64,000 nt of DNA from an uncultured Ignavibacteriales bacterium (GCA_964495085.1 CAZBUK010000002.1:12112-76111); one strand, 5' to 3'; counted from the first letter of the stretch, positions 21,125-31,044 are shown. A program made the numbers and translations. The notes: generated by a model not told the origin, from the letters alone.

Positions 21125-23605
21125 TTGTATATGGTGAAAAAGAAATCCAAACGGAATAGCGAGAAACGTACAAAGGAGATTTCCATACCGACACGCACGG
21201 GACATCTCATCGCGGCCGGAATACTTATTGCAGCCTTCGTCATTTTCTTCCATGCTCTTTTCTTCGGGGGGAAAATCTTCGTATCGAGCGACGATATATC
21301 CGCAGCCGCCTACCGCCCCTACGTGGAGAAAGCCGAGAGCGAGGGGGTTTTCCCCCTCTGGACGCCGTACCTCTTCAGCGGGTTGCCGAGCTATGCGAGC
21401 ATGATGGCCTCAGGCGATCGGTGGTTCGATCTTATACAGAAGGGATTTTCATTTGTAACGAATTCGATCCGGCGGATCTTCCGCGACCATTACGTCTTCG
21501 TCGTTATATTCTTTCATATCCTGTTCGCTTGTTCACTGTATGCGCTTGCATACGGTAAAACGAAAAATATCGCGGCCTCGCTCTTCGCCGCGCTGACTAT
21601 TTCGTTCTGCCTGGGGATCATCATCTGGGTGATGGAGGGACATTTCACAAAAGCCCGATCGCTGATTTCACTGCCGCTCCTCCTGCTCATGGCCGAACAG
21701 CTCCGGACGCGCATAAAGATCTGGCATATCCTGACCGTCATCGTAATACTCCATATGCACGGCTCGCACCTCCAGATGCTTTATTATTCTGTGATGACCA
21801 TGGCGATTTACTACCTGTTTTTCACGGTGCGTTACCTTGTAAAAAAAGAGAACGTCGCACCTGTAATAAAATCCGCGGTCGTCCTCGCGTTATGTGCCGG
21901 ATTCTCGTTCCTCATGCAGGCGGACAGGTACCTCTCTACCTATGAGTACAATCAATACTCGATCAGGGGTGTCGGTCCGTTGGAGAAAACCGACGAAGCG
22001 ACCGGCACTCCGGGCGGGGGTCTCGACTATGATTATGCGACCAACTGGTCGTTCAGTCCGCAGGAGCTCACGACCTTCGTTATCCCCTCCTTCTACGGCT
22101 TCGGAACACATACATATCGGGGGGAGCTGACGCAAAACCAGCCGGTTCGTGTGAACACCTACTTCGGCCAGATGCCTTTCACGGTCGCGCCCGTATACGC
22201 GGGCATCGTGCTCCTTTTCTTCGCCGTGGTCGGCATGACGATCTACCGCCGCGATCCATTCATTCAGTTCCTCATGGTACTCTCCGGATTTTCCCTGCTT
22301 GTCTCATTCGGCAGAACGCTTCCGGTTCTTTACGACCTGCTCTATCATTATCTACCGCTGTTCGACAAGTTCAGAGCGCCGAGCATGATTCTGATACTTC
22401 TGCACGTCGCGCTTGCAATCGCCGCTGCGTACGGGGTGTCGGGAATAGCGAATATGGGGCGCGAAAAACGCCCGGCATTGCCGCTCTGGCTGCGACGGAT
22501 TCTCATCGTCTCGGGCACTCTCTTTATTCTCTCATTCCTCGCACGGGGCGTATTCGAATCCGCATACATCGGTTTGATCCAGGCTTCGGGCAAACAAATA
22601 CCCCCTCAGCTCCACGGCTGGATATACGACGGTATGATGGCCGACGCTTCGTTTAATATTGGACTGATTCTCATCGTCGCCGGACTGATCGCGCTCTATT
22701 TACGCGGGAATATACCGGGCACACTCTGGGCCGGCGCACTGATACTGGTCAGCATTGTCGACGTCTGGAGAGTAGCGTACCGGCCGATGGAAGTCCATCC
22801 CGAAGCAGCTTATGCGCGCGCCTTCGAGCCGGGACAGGCTGTCAGGTTTCTGCAAACGGACGACGATCTGTACCGTGTCATGCAGGTTCAGAACAACCAG
22901 GCGCTTGCCGACAACAGATTGTCATCGTTCTTCATTCAGGATATATACGGTTATCATCCGGCGAAAATCCGCATCTACCAGGATATGATCGACATCGCCG
23001 GCATCATGAATCCTTTCATATGGAATATCCTGAATGTGAAGTACGTTCTGGGGGAGCGGTTCTACGACGCGGAATATCTCCGGCCCGTTTTCGACGGAGA
23101 CAGGAAAATAATGGAGAACACGAACCGTCTGCCGCGCCTCTGGTTTGTTGGGAGAGTTGAAACGAGCGATCCGCATACGATCTTGCATGCAATGCGCGAT
23201 GCGGCATTCGATCCGCATGAACTCGCATACCTGGAATGTGATCCGGAAATCGATATAGATCCGGCGTCGCCGGAATCTTCCGCACGTATCACGGGCTTCG
23301 GGATTCATCATCTCTCGGCGGACGTCCGATCGGAGGGGAATCAGTTCCTGGTTGTCAGCGAGGTATACTATCCCGCGGGTTGGAACGCCTATCTGAACGG
23401 AGAACGGATCGAGATCCATAAGACGAATTACTTTTTACGCGGCGTCGTCATTCCTCCCGGCGAGCATACGCTCGAAATGCGGTTCGAGCCCCGAATCTTC
23501 GCCATCGGAAAAACGCTTACGCTGATAACGAACCTGCTCGTGGTAATATTCGGCATCGGGCTGCTTGCCTTTCACTATAAAAAGAAAAACAGCGCGCCCC
23601 GATGA
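21125..23605 (+). CDS. YfhO-family polytopic membrane protein (GT-C-like glycosyltransferase)
   Basis: 826 aa and more than 12 TM helices. N-terminal …LWTPYLFSGLP… block. C-terminal YYPAGWNAYLNGE…NYFLRG…GEHTLEMRFEP block characteristic of YfhO. Confidence 0.8.
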   Translation: MYMVKKKSKRNSEKRTKEISIPTRTGHLIAAGILIAAFVIFFHALFFGGKIFVSSDDISAAAYRPYVEKAESEGVFPLWTPYLFSGLPSYASMMASGDRWFDLIQKGFSFVTNSIRRIFRDHYVFVVIFFHILFACSLYALAYGKTKNIAASLFAALTISFCLGIIIWVMEGHFTKARSLISLPLLLLMAEQLRTRIKIWHILTVIVILHMHGSHLQMLYYSVMTMAIYYLFFTVRYLVKKENVAPVIKSAVVLALCAGFSFLMQADRYLSTYEYNQYSIRGVGPLEKTDEATGTPGGGLDYDYATNWSFSPQELTTFVIPSFYGFGTHTYRGELTQNQPVRVNTYFGQMPFTVAPVYAGIVLLFFAVVGMTIYRRDPFIQFLMVLSGFSLLVSFGRTLPVLYDLLYHYLPLFDKFRAPSMILILLHVALAIAAAYGVSGIANMGREKRPALPLWLRRILIVSGTLFILSFLARGVFESAYIGLIQASGKQIPPQLHGWIYDGMMADASFNIGLILIVAGLIALYLRGNIPGTLWAGALILVSIVDVWRVAYRPMEVHPEAAYARAFEPGQAVRFLQTDDDLYRVMQVQNNQALADNRLSSFFIQDIYGYHPAKIRIYQDMIDIAGIMNPFIWNILNVKYVLGERFYDAEYLRPVFDGDRKIMENTNRLPRLWFVGRVETSDPHTILHAMRDAAFDPHELAYLECDPEIDIDPASPESSARITGFGIHHLSADVRSEGNQFLVVSEVYYPAGWNAYLNGERIEIHKTNYFLRGVVIPPGEHTLEMRFEPRIFAIGKTLTLITNLLVVIFGIGLLAFHYKKKNSAPR

Positions 23606-24858
23606 TCCTCCGATCCGTTTACGAGAAGGGATTCTTCCACCTTCTCTCGGCAAATTTCCTGCAGCAATTCCTGGGATTCGGAATCCTGGTTATCGTTGCG
23701 AAATTTCTGGATCCCGTCCGCGTGGGGGAGATCCGGATCATTCAATCGTATGCCGTCATATTCGCCGTCCTTGCCGCTTGCGGGACGGGAACCGCTCTCC
23801 TAAAAACGGCCTCCGAAAACCGGCCGCATGCAGAGAAGGAATCCCTGCTGCGCGCCGCGCTCACACGGACTGCCTGGACAACATTCATATCTCTCTCGCT
23901 GCTGGTCGGCCTCGCCGTTTCTGGAATTATAACCTCGTCCACACACCTCGCCTTGTGGCTCTGCATCTACGCGATTCATATCCCGTTCGCGGCTGGAACG
24001 GATATATTCCTCTCGTACCTGCAGGCGCTGAAGAGAATCAAGGCTATCGCGCGCACGCAGGTTATCATCAAGCTGCAGGCATTTGCCATCATCATCGCGG
24101 CATCTCTGATATGGGGATTCGAAGGATTCATCGTGGCGACGATACTGGCATATATCGCGGGCATGATTCCCATTTTGAAAACGACCGGACTTTCATTTTT
24201 GAAGCAACCCGCGGCGGCGCTACCGGCGGGTTTCGCCGGTCTTGCATTTTACTCAGTTATGACGAACGTGACAAGCATGATCGGGAAATTCGGCGATATG
24301 ATTATCCTGGATCATTTTTCGGAAATGAGGGATACCATCGGATCGTATGCGCTTGCGTCTCTGTTCATGTTCGGCGCAATCCAGGTTACCGCGACCGTTC
24401 AGACAATATCGACGCCTTACTTCAGCGAACGCGCCGGCGATCGCGAATGGATGGGGAAGACGGTGCTGCATACCCAGTTGAAAATGGCGGGGCTGAGCGT
24501 TGTCGCCGCGGTATGTTTATACGCCGTGGCGTATCTTTTGATTTCATATTTCTACGGACCCGCATATCTCCCGGCGCTCGATTTCCTCCCGGTCCTTCTC
24601 ATGCGTTACGTACTCTGGTCATGCTTCGCGGTTACCGGAGTAGCTCTGCTGGGCATGGGATATATGAAGTATAATCTTATTGTCGTGCTGATCACGACTC
24701 CCTTGTCGCTGTTTCTCGCCTATGCGCTTCTTCAGTCCTGGGGGATCATCGGAGTTGCCTGGGCGCAGGTGATCGCCGCAACGGTCGGACTGATTCTCAC
24801 GACGCTTCTGTTCAGAATCGCACTCAAGCGACACCTCCCCACGTCGGGGACGAGCTGA
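23602..24858 (+). CDS. MOP/MATE-like polysaccharide biosynthesis flippase
   Basis: 418 aa and about 12 TM helices. Its start overlaps the YfhO stop (ATGA). Confidence 0.7.
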   Translation: MILRSVYEKGFFHLLSANFLQQFLGFGILVIVAKFLDPVRVGEIRIIQSYAVIFAVLAACGTGTALLKTASENRPHAEKESLLRAALTRTAWTTFISLSLLVGLAVSGIITSSTHLALWLCIYAIHIPFAAGTDIFLSYLQALKRIKAIARTQVIIKLQAFAIIIAASLIWGFEGFIVATILAYIAGMIPILKTTGLSFLKQPAAALPAGFAGLAFYSVMTNVTSMIGKFGDMIILDHFSEMRDTIGSYALASLFMFGAIQVTATVQTISTPYFSERAGDREWMGKTVLHTQLKMAGLSVVAAVCLYAVAYLLISYFYGPAYLPALDFLPVLLMRYVLWSCFAVTGVALLGMGYMKYNLIVVLITTPLSLFLAYALLQSWGIIGVAWAQVIAATVGLILTTLLFRIALKRHLPTSGTS

Positions 24859-24920
24859 ATGCATACTTGAGTTTTTTCATTTTTGATTTGTAGTTTCCTG
24901 GTATCGACCTGAACGGACTT

Positions 24921-25051
24921 CTGTCTCCTGTCTCCTGACTCCTATCTTCTGCCTACAGTCTTCTGTCTTCTGAACCCTGTCTCCTGTCTCCTGACTCCTA
25001 TCTTCTGCCTTCAGAATTCTGTCTCCTGACTCCTGCCTTGTGTCTCCTGCC
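24921..25051. repeat. CT-rich (polypyrimidine on + strand) tandem repeat tract; 34-bp unit CTGTCTCCTGTCTCCTGACTCCTATCTTCTGCCT present twice perfectly with 56-bp period, plus degenerate CTGTCTCCTGACTCCTGCC copies
   Basis: Direct reading. Perfect copies lie at 24921-24954 and 24977-25010, with partial copies at 25018-25051. The tract is intergenic, upstream of the UXS-like gene. Confidence 0.8.
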
Positions 25052-25166
25052 CCCTGTCTCCAAACTCCCCAGTCCCTCAGAGCCCGCCCCCGTGTTTGAT
25101 TTTCGATTCCGTTCTTACGATATTGATCAAACATATCAGTTTTTACCATTCACAACCGGAATATAC

Positions 25167-26126
25167 ATGGCCAAGAAACCGACAACCGTCGTAACGGGAG
25201 GAGCAGGATTCCTCGGGTCTCATTTGTGTGACAGGCTCATAGCCGAAGGTCATGCTGTCGTCTGCATCGACAACCTCCTCACCGGCAGTATGGATAATAT
25301 AACCCATCTGCTCGGGAACGACGATTTTCGATTCATCAAGTACAATGTGACGGACTACATCTACGTCGAAGGGCCCGTCGATTACATCCTCCACTTCGCC
25401 TCTCCGGCAAGCCCGATCGACTACCTGAAACTTCCTATCCAGACCCTCAAAGTCGGCTCGCTCGGCACGCACAAAACGCTCGGTCTGGCCAAGGATAAGC
25501 AGTCCCGCTTCCTCCTGGCATCGACTTCGGAGGTATACGGCGATCCGCTCACACATCCTCAAAAAGAAGATTATTGGGGGAACGTCAACCCGATCGGAAC
25601 GCGGGGCGTCTACGACGAAGCGAAACGGTTTGCGGAGGCGATGACCATGGCGTATCACCGGTTTCATGGCGTCGATACGAGGATCGTCCGTATCTTTAAT
25701 ACCTACGGACCCAGAATGCGGCTCAACGACGGAAGAGCATTGCCGACCTTCATGAAACAGGCACTCCTGGGCGAAGACCTCACGGTCTTCGGCGACGGAT
25801 CGCAGACGAGAAGCTTTTGCTACGTCTCCGATCTCGTCGACGGTATATTCAGACTACTCATGTCGGAAGAGACGAATCCGGTCAATATCGGAAATCCGGA
25901 AGAAATCACCCTGCTCCAGTTCGCCGAGGAGGTCATCGAGATCACGGGCGCGTCGAGCAAAATCGTGTTCAAGCCGTTACCCGAAGACGATCCCAAGGTC
26001 CGGCAGCCCGATATTACAAAAGCGCGGTCCATTCTCGGCTGGGAGCCCCGGGTGAAGCGGAGAGACGGTCTGCTGCAAACATTGCAGTATTTCGAAAAGG
26101 TACTGAGAACACAACAAAACTCCTGA
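25167..26126 (+). CDS. UDP-glucuronate decarboxylase-like NAD-dependent epimerase/dehydratase (UXS/ArnA-type SDR)
   Basis: Contains [17 protein letters not shown]…YxxxK. The start is set at ATG 25167. The track start at 25038 runs back into the repeat tract. Confidence 0.85.
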   Translation: MAKKPTTVVTGGAGFLGSHLCDRLIAEGHAVVCIDNLLTGSMDNITHLLGNDDFRFIKYNVTDYIYVEGPVDYILHFASPASPIDYLKLPIQTLKVGSLGTHKTLGLAKDKQSRFLLASTSEVYGDPLTHPQKEDYWGNVNPIGTRGVYDEAKRFAEAMTMAYHRFHGVDTRIVRIFNTYGPRMRLNDGRALPTFMKQALLGEDLTVFGDGSQTRSFCYVSDLVDGIFRLLMSEETNPVNIGNPEEITLLQFAEEVIEITGASSKIVFKPLPEDDPKVRQPDITKARSILGWEPRVKRRDGLLQTLQYFEKVLRTQQNS

Positions 26127-27067
26127 TGGACAGATTATCCAAACACAAACTCAAGAAAACGCGGGTTATCATCGCCTCCGCCCTCTTTGCGATCGTTCTC
26201 TGGGTAACCGTAAACATGGGTTCGGAATATACGACCATGGTGCAGGCGCAGGTCGTCGTACAGAATCTGCCGTCGGACGTCGCCATCAGCAGAGCGCTTC
26301 CCGACAGACTCAGGGTCAGAGTGCGCGGCGAGGGTTGGAAACTGTTCGGCCTGTATCTGACGGGCGATATGCGCTATACGATAGATATGCAGAACGCGAG
26401 GGAGACGATGCAGGTTCGAACCATGCAGGAACTCGACGAACGCTTGCGTCTGCCGGGCGGCATCGAAGTGCTTGAGATATCGCCTTCACTTCTGCCCGTT
26501 TCGATCGAAGAACAGGCCAGAAAAGCGGTTCCGGTCGTTGCGGATCTGCAGGTACAATTCAGGGATGGGTTTAATATCATCGGTCCCGTTACGGTTCAAC
26601 CCGACTCGGTAACGGTGAGAGGCGCCCGCTCGGTGATTGAAAATCTCGATGGATGGAAAACGAAACCGATCGTCCTGCGCGACATCCGCAATCCCGTACG
26701 AACCACGGTAGAGTTATCGGATTCCTTGCGGCGGCTCGTTCATCTCGACCAATCTTCGGCCGCAGTAGCATTCGACGTCCAGCCGATCGCAGAAAAAACA
26801 TTAAGCGGAATCAGAATCGCAGCGGCGGGAGTCCCTTCCAATCGAGAAGTTGTCTTCATCCCTCCCCGTATCGACCTCGTTGTCCGCGGAGGCATCAATC
26901 GTCTCGCTCTCGTCAGGCCGGAACAGTATACCGCCACGGTTCATTACCGCGACATACTTGCGGATACCACAGGCAGCGTGACGCCGGTTATCGAAGGGCC
27001 GAAGGATGTACGAATCGTCATACGGGAGCCCGAGCGGTTCCAGTACATCATCAGACGATTGCAATAA
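26126..27067 (+). CDS. YbbR-like domain protein
   Basis: N-terminal TM anchor followed by repeated beta-rich ~80-aa modules. The start ATG at 26126 overlaps the upstream stop (TGATG). The track ORF at 25817 is a 5' extension in another gene's space. Confidence 0.5.
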   Translation: MDRLSKHKLKKTRVIIASALFAIVLWVTVNMGSEYTTMVQAQVVVQNLPSDVAISRALPDRLRVRVRGEGWKLFGLYLTGDMRYTIDMQNARETMQVRTMQELDERLRLPGGIEVLEISPSLLPVSIEEQARKAVPVVADLQVQFRDGFNIIGPVTVQPDSVTVRGARSVIENLDGWKTKPIVLRDIRNPVRTTVELSDSLRRLVHLDQSSAAVAFDVQPIAEKTLSGIRIAAAGVPSNREVVFIPPRIDLVVRGGINRLALVRPEQYTATVHYRDILADTTGSVTPVIEGPKDVRIVIREPERFQYIIRRLQ

Positions 27068-27073
27068 AAACGG

Positions 27074-27107
27074 AACGGGGAAGCCGGTTAGATCCGGCTT
27101 CCCCGTT
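27074..27107. terminator. 14-bp perfect stem-loop (AACGGGGAAGCCGG-ttagat-CCGGCTTCCCCGTT), bidirectional terminator between convergent genes
   Basis: A-run before and U-run on the minus strand after. It lies between the YbbR-like (+) and beta-helix/Omp85 (-) 3' ends. Confidence 0.75.
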
Positions 27108-27133
27108 ACCTTATGATAGATGCGACTGTACGT

Positions 27134-28807
27134 TCAGAACGGACGTGCAATCCTGAGAAAGACGACTGCAGGATCCGCCTTATCCGTCCTCCATGCAAAA
27201 CCCAGCCTCCAGCTTCCGTTATCCGATCCGATACCGACGCCGAGCGAAGTTTTCAGATTTGCCACCGAAAGCCCGCCGAAACCCTCGGCCAATCCGCTCG
27301 AGGGATCGACCTCGCCGGTCCAGCCGGTATCCATGAACAGAAGCAGAGACAATCGATTGAAGAGACCACTCGGGAAGAATGCGAGCTGATTGAGCGCGCT
27401 CCCGCTCAGGACGTACTCGGTATTGAGCAGGAATATACGGTTGCCACTTAACGTTTTGTACGGGAATCCCGGGAGCGTTCCCAGTCCGCCTAGATCAAAG
27501 ACCCGCTGTATGGGAAGCTCTCCCTCGGCGCTGCCGATTCTCAGCCGAAGATTCAGATTATCATATTTCGAAACGGGCTGATAGCGGCGAATGTCGGCGA
27601 TGTACTGATTATATTCGTATTCGCTCCGCAAACCGGAGGTTGAAAACTCCGCCGTCGCAAGTATACTCCAGCCGGAGTTACGCCTCGAGTGCCGCTCCGC
27701 CGTTCCGGCGTTGAGACCGAGTCTCAGAGCCCGAAGCTGTCCATCCTGAACAGCCGGATTCTCACGGAAAGATTTATCGCGGACAAAGAGAGCCCAATCC
27801 GTCCGGTTTTCCATCGAGGAGTGAGCTTCGTTGAGGTATTGCAGCCGGAGGTGCGCGGATCCCGCGGAGCCGTTGATGTAGTGCCCCGCATAGATCGAAT
27901 ATCCCTCGCGGTTATAATAATCTCTGAAATCCTGATGTACGAAAAATGCGGCGAGATCGTTTTCGGCTCTACCGATGACCCAATCGTCTTTGGTATCGGT
28001 AAGCGTGTATATCTCGGCTCCGATTTCAAGCAGCTGGAGATCGCGGATCGGGAATTGCCGCGTCGCACCGAGCATTGCGCGCCACCGATGAGCCTTGAAG
28101 GCATAGCCGACCTGGCCGTACAGCGAGAGCGCCATCGATCCGTCCCAATACAGATTCTTGCGTGAACCGGCGCCGAGAGAGAATCCTTCGACCCGGTTGA
28201 AGCCGAGAAAGATATTGTTGAGCTGGAGATCGCGGACCGCGAGATCTTCCTGCATATAACTGGACAACCGGTATGCCTCGTGCCTCCCGGCTTTGTCTTC
28301 CCGGTAGACGTACTCGACATCAACCCCGGTCTGCTCTTCCACGGTACCGCTCACGGTCCCTCCTTCCATCCGGACCTTCCCGTTTACGGAAGTCACCGAG
28401 CCCGTTACCGCACCCCCCTCCTCGATTACGGCATCGCCGTTTAATACGATAACGTCTCCCTCGATGGATCCACGTACCGTTAACGTCCCGTTCCTGATTA
28501 CGACATTTCCTTCGATCCGGTCGCGCTTGTCGATGACGACGTCGCCGTTAAAGTGAATCGCACCGCGTCTCCCGGTCATCTGTTGAACTTGATCCCCGGA
28601 CTCAACCTGGTAACCCATCTTCATCAGCATTTCGGTTTCGACCCGGTCGATGATGTCATCGATGAGGCGGGAAATTGCATTCCCTTCATGTATCCTGCCG
28701 GTTTCCAGTGTTTGATTTGAGGTGCTGTCCTGGGAGTGAAGGGATAATCCTGCCCCGCTCAAACTCATTATCAGGATGAGGAATATTATTAACTTCGATC
28801 GCTTCAT
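27134..28807 (-). CDS. exported beta-helix-repeat (bactofilin/DUF4097-like) protein fused to an Omp85/BamA-like C-terminal beta-barrel
   Basis: Signal peptide (MKRSKLIIFLILIMSLSGAG). Repetitive GDVVID…GNVVIRNGTLTV…GDVIVLNGDAVIEE…GSVTSVNGKV block. Beta-barrel-like C-terminal ~350 aa with an FDLGGLGTLPGFPY motif, ending …FLRIARPF. Confidence 0.6.
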   Translation of the reverse strand: MKRSKLIIFLILIMSLSGAGLSLHSQDSTSNQTLETGRIHEGNAISRLIDDIIDRVETEMLMKMGYQVESGDQVQQMTGRRGAIHFNGDVVIDKRDRIEGNVVIRNGTLTVRGSIEGDVIVLNGDAVIEEGGAVTGSVTSVNGKVRMEGGTVSGTVEEQTGVDVEYVYREDKAGRHEAYRLSSYMQEDLAVRDLQLNNIFLGFNRVEGFSLGAGSRKNLYWDGSMALSLYGQVGYAFKAHRWRAMLGATRQFPIRDLQLLEIGAEIYTLTDTKDDWVIGRAENDLAAFFVHQDFRDYYNREGYSIYAGHYINGSAGSAHLRLQYLNEAHSSMENRTDWALFVRDKSFRENPAVQDGQLRALRLGLNAGTAERHSRRNSGWSILATAEFSTSGLRSEYEYNQYIADIRRYQPVSKYDNLNLRLRIGSAEGELPIQRVFDLGGLGTLPGFPYKTLSGNRIFLLNTEYVLSGSALNQLAFFPSGLFNRLSLLLFMDTGWTGEVDPSSGLAEGFGGLSVANLKTSLGVGIGSDNGSWRLGFAWRTDKADPAVVFLRIARPF

Positions 28808-28904
28808 ATTAAAATCCTCCGAAATACTGAAAGAGTACCGATCACGGCATAGATAAAAAAAATCTCATACCCGAATATACGAATCGGTATTACCCAAAGT
28901 TACA

Positions 28905-28943
28905 TAAAAAAGCCTGAAATATGCTAATATTTCAGGCTTTTTA
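28905..28943. terminator. rho-independent terminator hairpin (AAGCCTGAAATA-tgctaa-TATTTCAGGCTT) flanked by A- and T-runs
   Basis: 12-bp stem. It lies downstream of the kamA stop. Confidence 0.8.
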
Positions 28944-28966
28944 CTAAGGCAAGATTAACACTTCGG

Positions 28967-30361
28967 CTACCCCGCTTTCGCCATCGATCGGGCCTGCATG
29001 TTGCGAAGCTCATCTTCGAAGAAAAACTTCGACTCTCCGAATGCGGGCTTCAACTGATCCAACCAGCCTGCTCTGGGATCGTAACGTGCAAAGAAGGGAC
29101 GCTGGACCCAATCCGGATTTCTCCCCTGGATGAAGCGGAGAACGAATACTTTTTCTCCGTGAATTTCGGATATTCCCGAAATTTCGACCTTACCCGGAGT
29201 CGCCGACATACTCGGACCGCGAACGGTCCTGGCCAGTCCCGAGACCGTCTTCACGGCAGAACGGTATATGTCCCACGCTCTCGTCAGCGGAACTTCGAAA
29301 TAGTTACGGGCTCCCGTGTCTCTTTCAACGAACATATAGTAGGGAATTAATCCAAGCCGCACCTGTTCACGCCACATATCGGACCATATCCGGGGATTAT
29401 CGTTAATATGCCGGATCAGCGGGGATTGTGTTCTGATCTGAATTCCCGCGGACCGGATTCTCCGAATCGCTTCGCGTGCTATCGGCGTCTCGAGTTCTAC
29501 GGGATGGTTGTAATGTCCCATGATGGCGACGTGTTTGCCGCGTGCGATAAGCCGTTCGGCAAGTCTGAGAAAATCGTCCGCATCCTGGTCCGTCACAAAT
29601 CTTTGAGGCCAGTATGCAACCGATTTCGTTCCGATACGAATCGTTTGCACGTGATCCAGATCGCCGGATAAAAAGGGCTCAATATAGCGTTCGAAGACGC
29701 GGGTTTTCATAACCATCGGATCGCCGCCGGTGAACAACACGTCGGTTACTTCTCGATGTTGGCTCAGGTAAGCCGCAAACTGTCCGGCTTCCTTGTTTGC
29801 GAACTTTAATCCATGTATACCAACGAACTGCGCCCAACGGAAGCAGAACGTACAATAGGCATGGCAAGTCTGTCCGGAGGTCGGGAAAAACAGTGCGGTT
29901 TCTTTATATTTATGCTGCACTCCGGGTATTCGTTCGCCCTCCATGATCGGTACGTTCATCTCCATCTGTCCGGCTGGATGCGGATTTAACGAGTATCTGA
30001 TCTCTTCAATTTTTTTACTTATCCTCTCGGCCGAAGCATCGGATCTGATGAGATCGGCAAGGGAATTGAAATCCCTCTCGGAGAGCATACCCTTTTGCGG
30101 AAAAGTCAGTTGAAAGATGGGATCCGACGGGACATTGTCCCAATCGATGAGTTCATTTAACACGTACGAGTTCACCTTGAACGGGAGGACCTGTGCAACG
30201 ACTTTCATGGCAAACCGCTGATCAGATGAGAGCCTCTTAACCTGGGGAATCGTATCCAGGTCTTTCGGCGTGAAATGCCGAAATTCAGTGTATTTGGTCA
30301 AAGGTTTGCTCGATGAACGAACAGTTTCCGCGGTTTTTCCTTTGGTTGCTGTCAGTGTCAT
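28967..30361 (-). CDS. kamA: lysine 2,3-aminomutase (KamA-family radical SAM, Bacillus-type long form)
   Basis: CHAYCTFC (Cx3Cx2C) radical-SAM motif. KamA N-terminal region (…VLPFKVNSYVLNELIDW…). 464 aa. Confidence 0.85.
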   Translation of the reverse strand: MTLTATKGKTAETVRSSSKPLTKYTEFRHFTPKDLDTIPQVKRLSSDQRFAMKVVAQVLPFKVNSYVLNELIDWDNVPSDPIFQLTFPQKGMLSERDFNSLADLIRSDASAERISKKIEEIRYSLNPHPAGQMEMNVPIMEGERIPGVQHKYKETALFFPTSGQTCHAYCTFCFRWAQFVGIHGLKFANKEAGQFAAYLSQHREVTDVLFTGGDPMVMKTRVFERYIEPFLSGDLDHVQTIRIGTKSVAYWPQRFVTDQDADDFLRLAERLIARGKHVAIMGHYNHPVELETPIAREAIRRIRSAGIQIRTQSPLIRHINDNPRIWSDMWREQVRLGLIPYYMFVERDTGARNYFEVPLTRAWDIYRSAVKTVSGLARTVRGPSMSATPGKVEISGISEIHGEKVFVLRFIQGRNPDWVQRPFFARYDPRAGWLDQLKPAFGESKFFFEDELRNMQARSMAKAG

Positions 30362-30477
30362 GAGACACCCCCTTTCTATTTATTTTCCGAACCGATCAAC
30401 GCGAGCGTTCGTCAACTTTTAGCGGGCGATACTGCAGGAAATATAGGAAGAAAAATCTGAGTCGATTGACGAAATAT

Positions 30478-30506
30478 TAGATACAAAAATCAGAAATGAA
30501 AGTCAA
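30478..30506 (-). promoter_or_regulatory. candidate sigma70-type promoter for kamA (minus strand TTGACT-N17-TATCTA), implying a ~110-nt 5' UTR
   Basis: Reverse complement of 30501-30506 is TTGACT, and of 30478-30483 is TATCTA. Confidence 0.25.
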
Positions 30507-30711
30507 ACCGGGGAAGATACAATTAATGCAAAACCGGGAATAACCGCGATTCCGGTCTAATTCGGGCGATAATCAATACAATGGCGTGAATTCACTCCGG
30601 AGAAGAACCGACCCGCATATAAGACACGGGCAGCCGGTTTCCGCTGTACCTGTCCGGCTCCGGGTAAGACCGATAGGTTCCTGACAGTGTCTGATAAGAT
30701 TGTTAATGAAC

Positions 30712-31044
30712 CTACGCCGGGATTCTTCGCGCTTCGACTTCCTCGATTACTTCGACAATGAGGGGGAAATAGCGATCGAGGCCGCAATCCAAACGGTCGC
30801 GGACAGAGCAGGTGCCGTCAACTGATTGATTTATACAAACAGAACAGACTATATTACGCAATTCTGTTATATATGCGTCAATTTTGTCGCTTTTTACCCT
30901 TCCGACAGCCTCGACTATTCTCGGAAGATGCTCCTCCACCGCACACATTTCGTCATAATGGAGCAAACAATTTCCATGCATATCTGTATCGATGCACTTC
31001 GCACATACCCTGCTGCGGATTTCCTGAATATAGATATCGTTCAT
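30712..31044 (-). CDS. small Cys-rich protein with internal tandem duplication (2 x CxxC…C…C…PxIVE), 8 Cys in total; unknown family
   Basis: 110-aa ORF. Repeat 1 is VCAKCIDTDMHGNCLLHYDEMCAVEEHLPRIVEAV and repeat 2 is VCSVCINQSVDGTCSVRDRLDCGLDRYFPLIVEVI. It lies upstream of kamA in the same orientation. Confidence 0.5.
   Translation of the reverse strand: MNDIYIQEIRSRVCAKCIDTDMHGNCLLHYDEMCAVEEHLPRIVEAVGRVKSDKIDAYITELRNIVCSVCINQSVDGTCSVRDRLDCGLDRYFPLIVEVIEEVEARRIPA

Noticed and set aside
24921-25051. CT-rich direct repeats considered as a CRISPR array
   Set aside because: The units are irregular and pyrimidine-only. The spacers are not unique sequences. No cas genes are nearby. It is a low-complexity tandem repeat rather than a CRISPR array.
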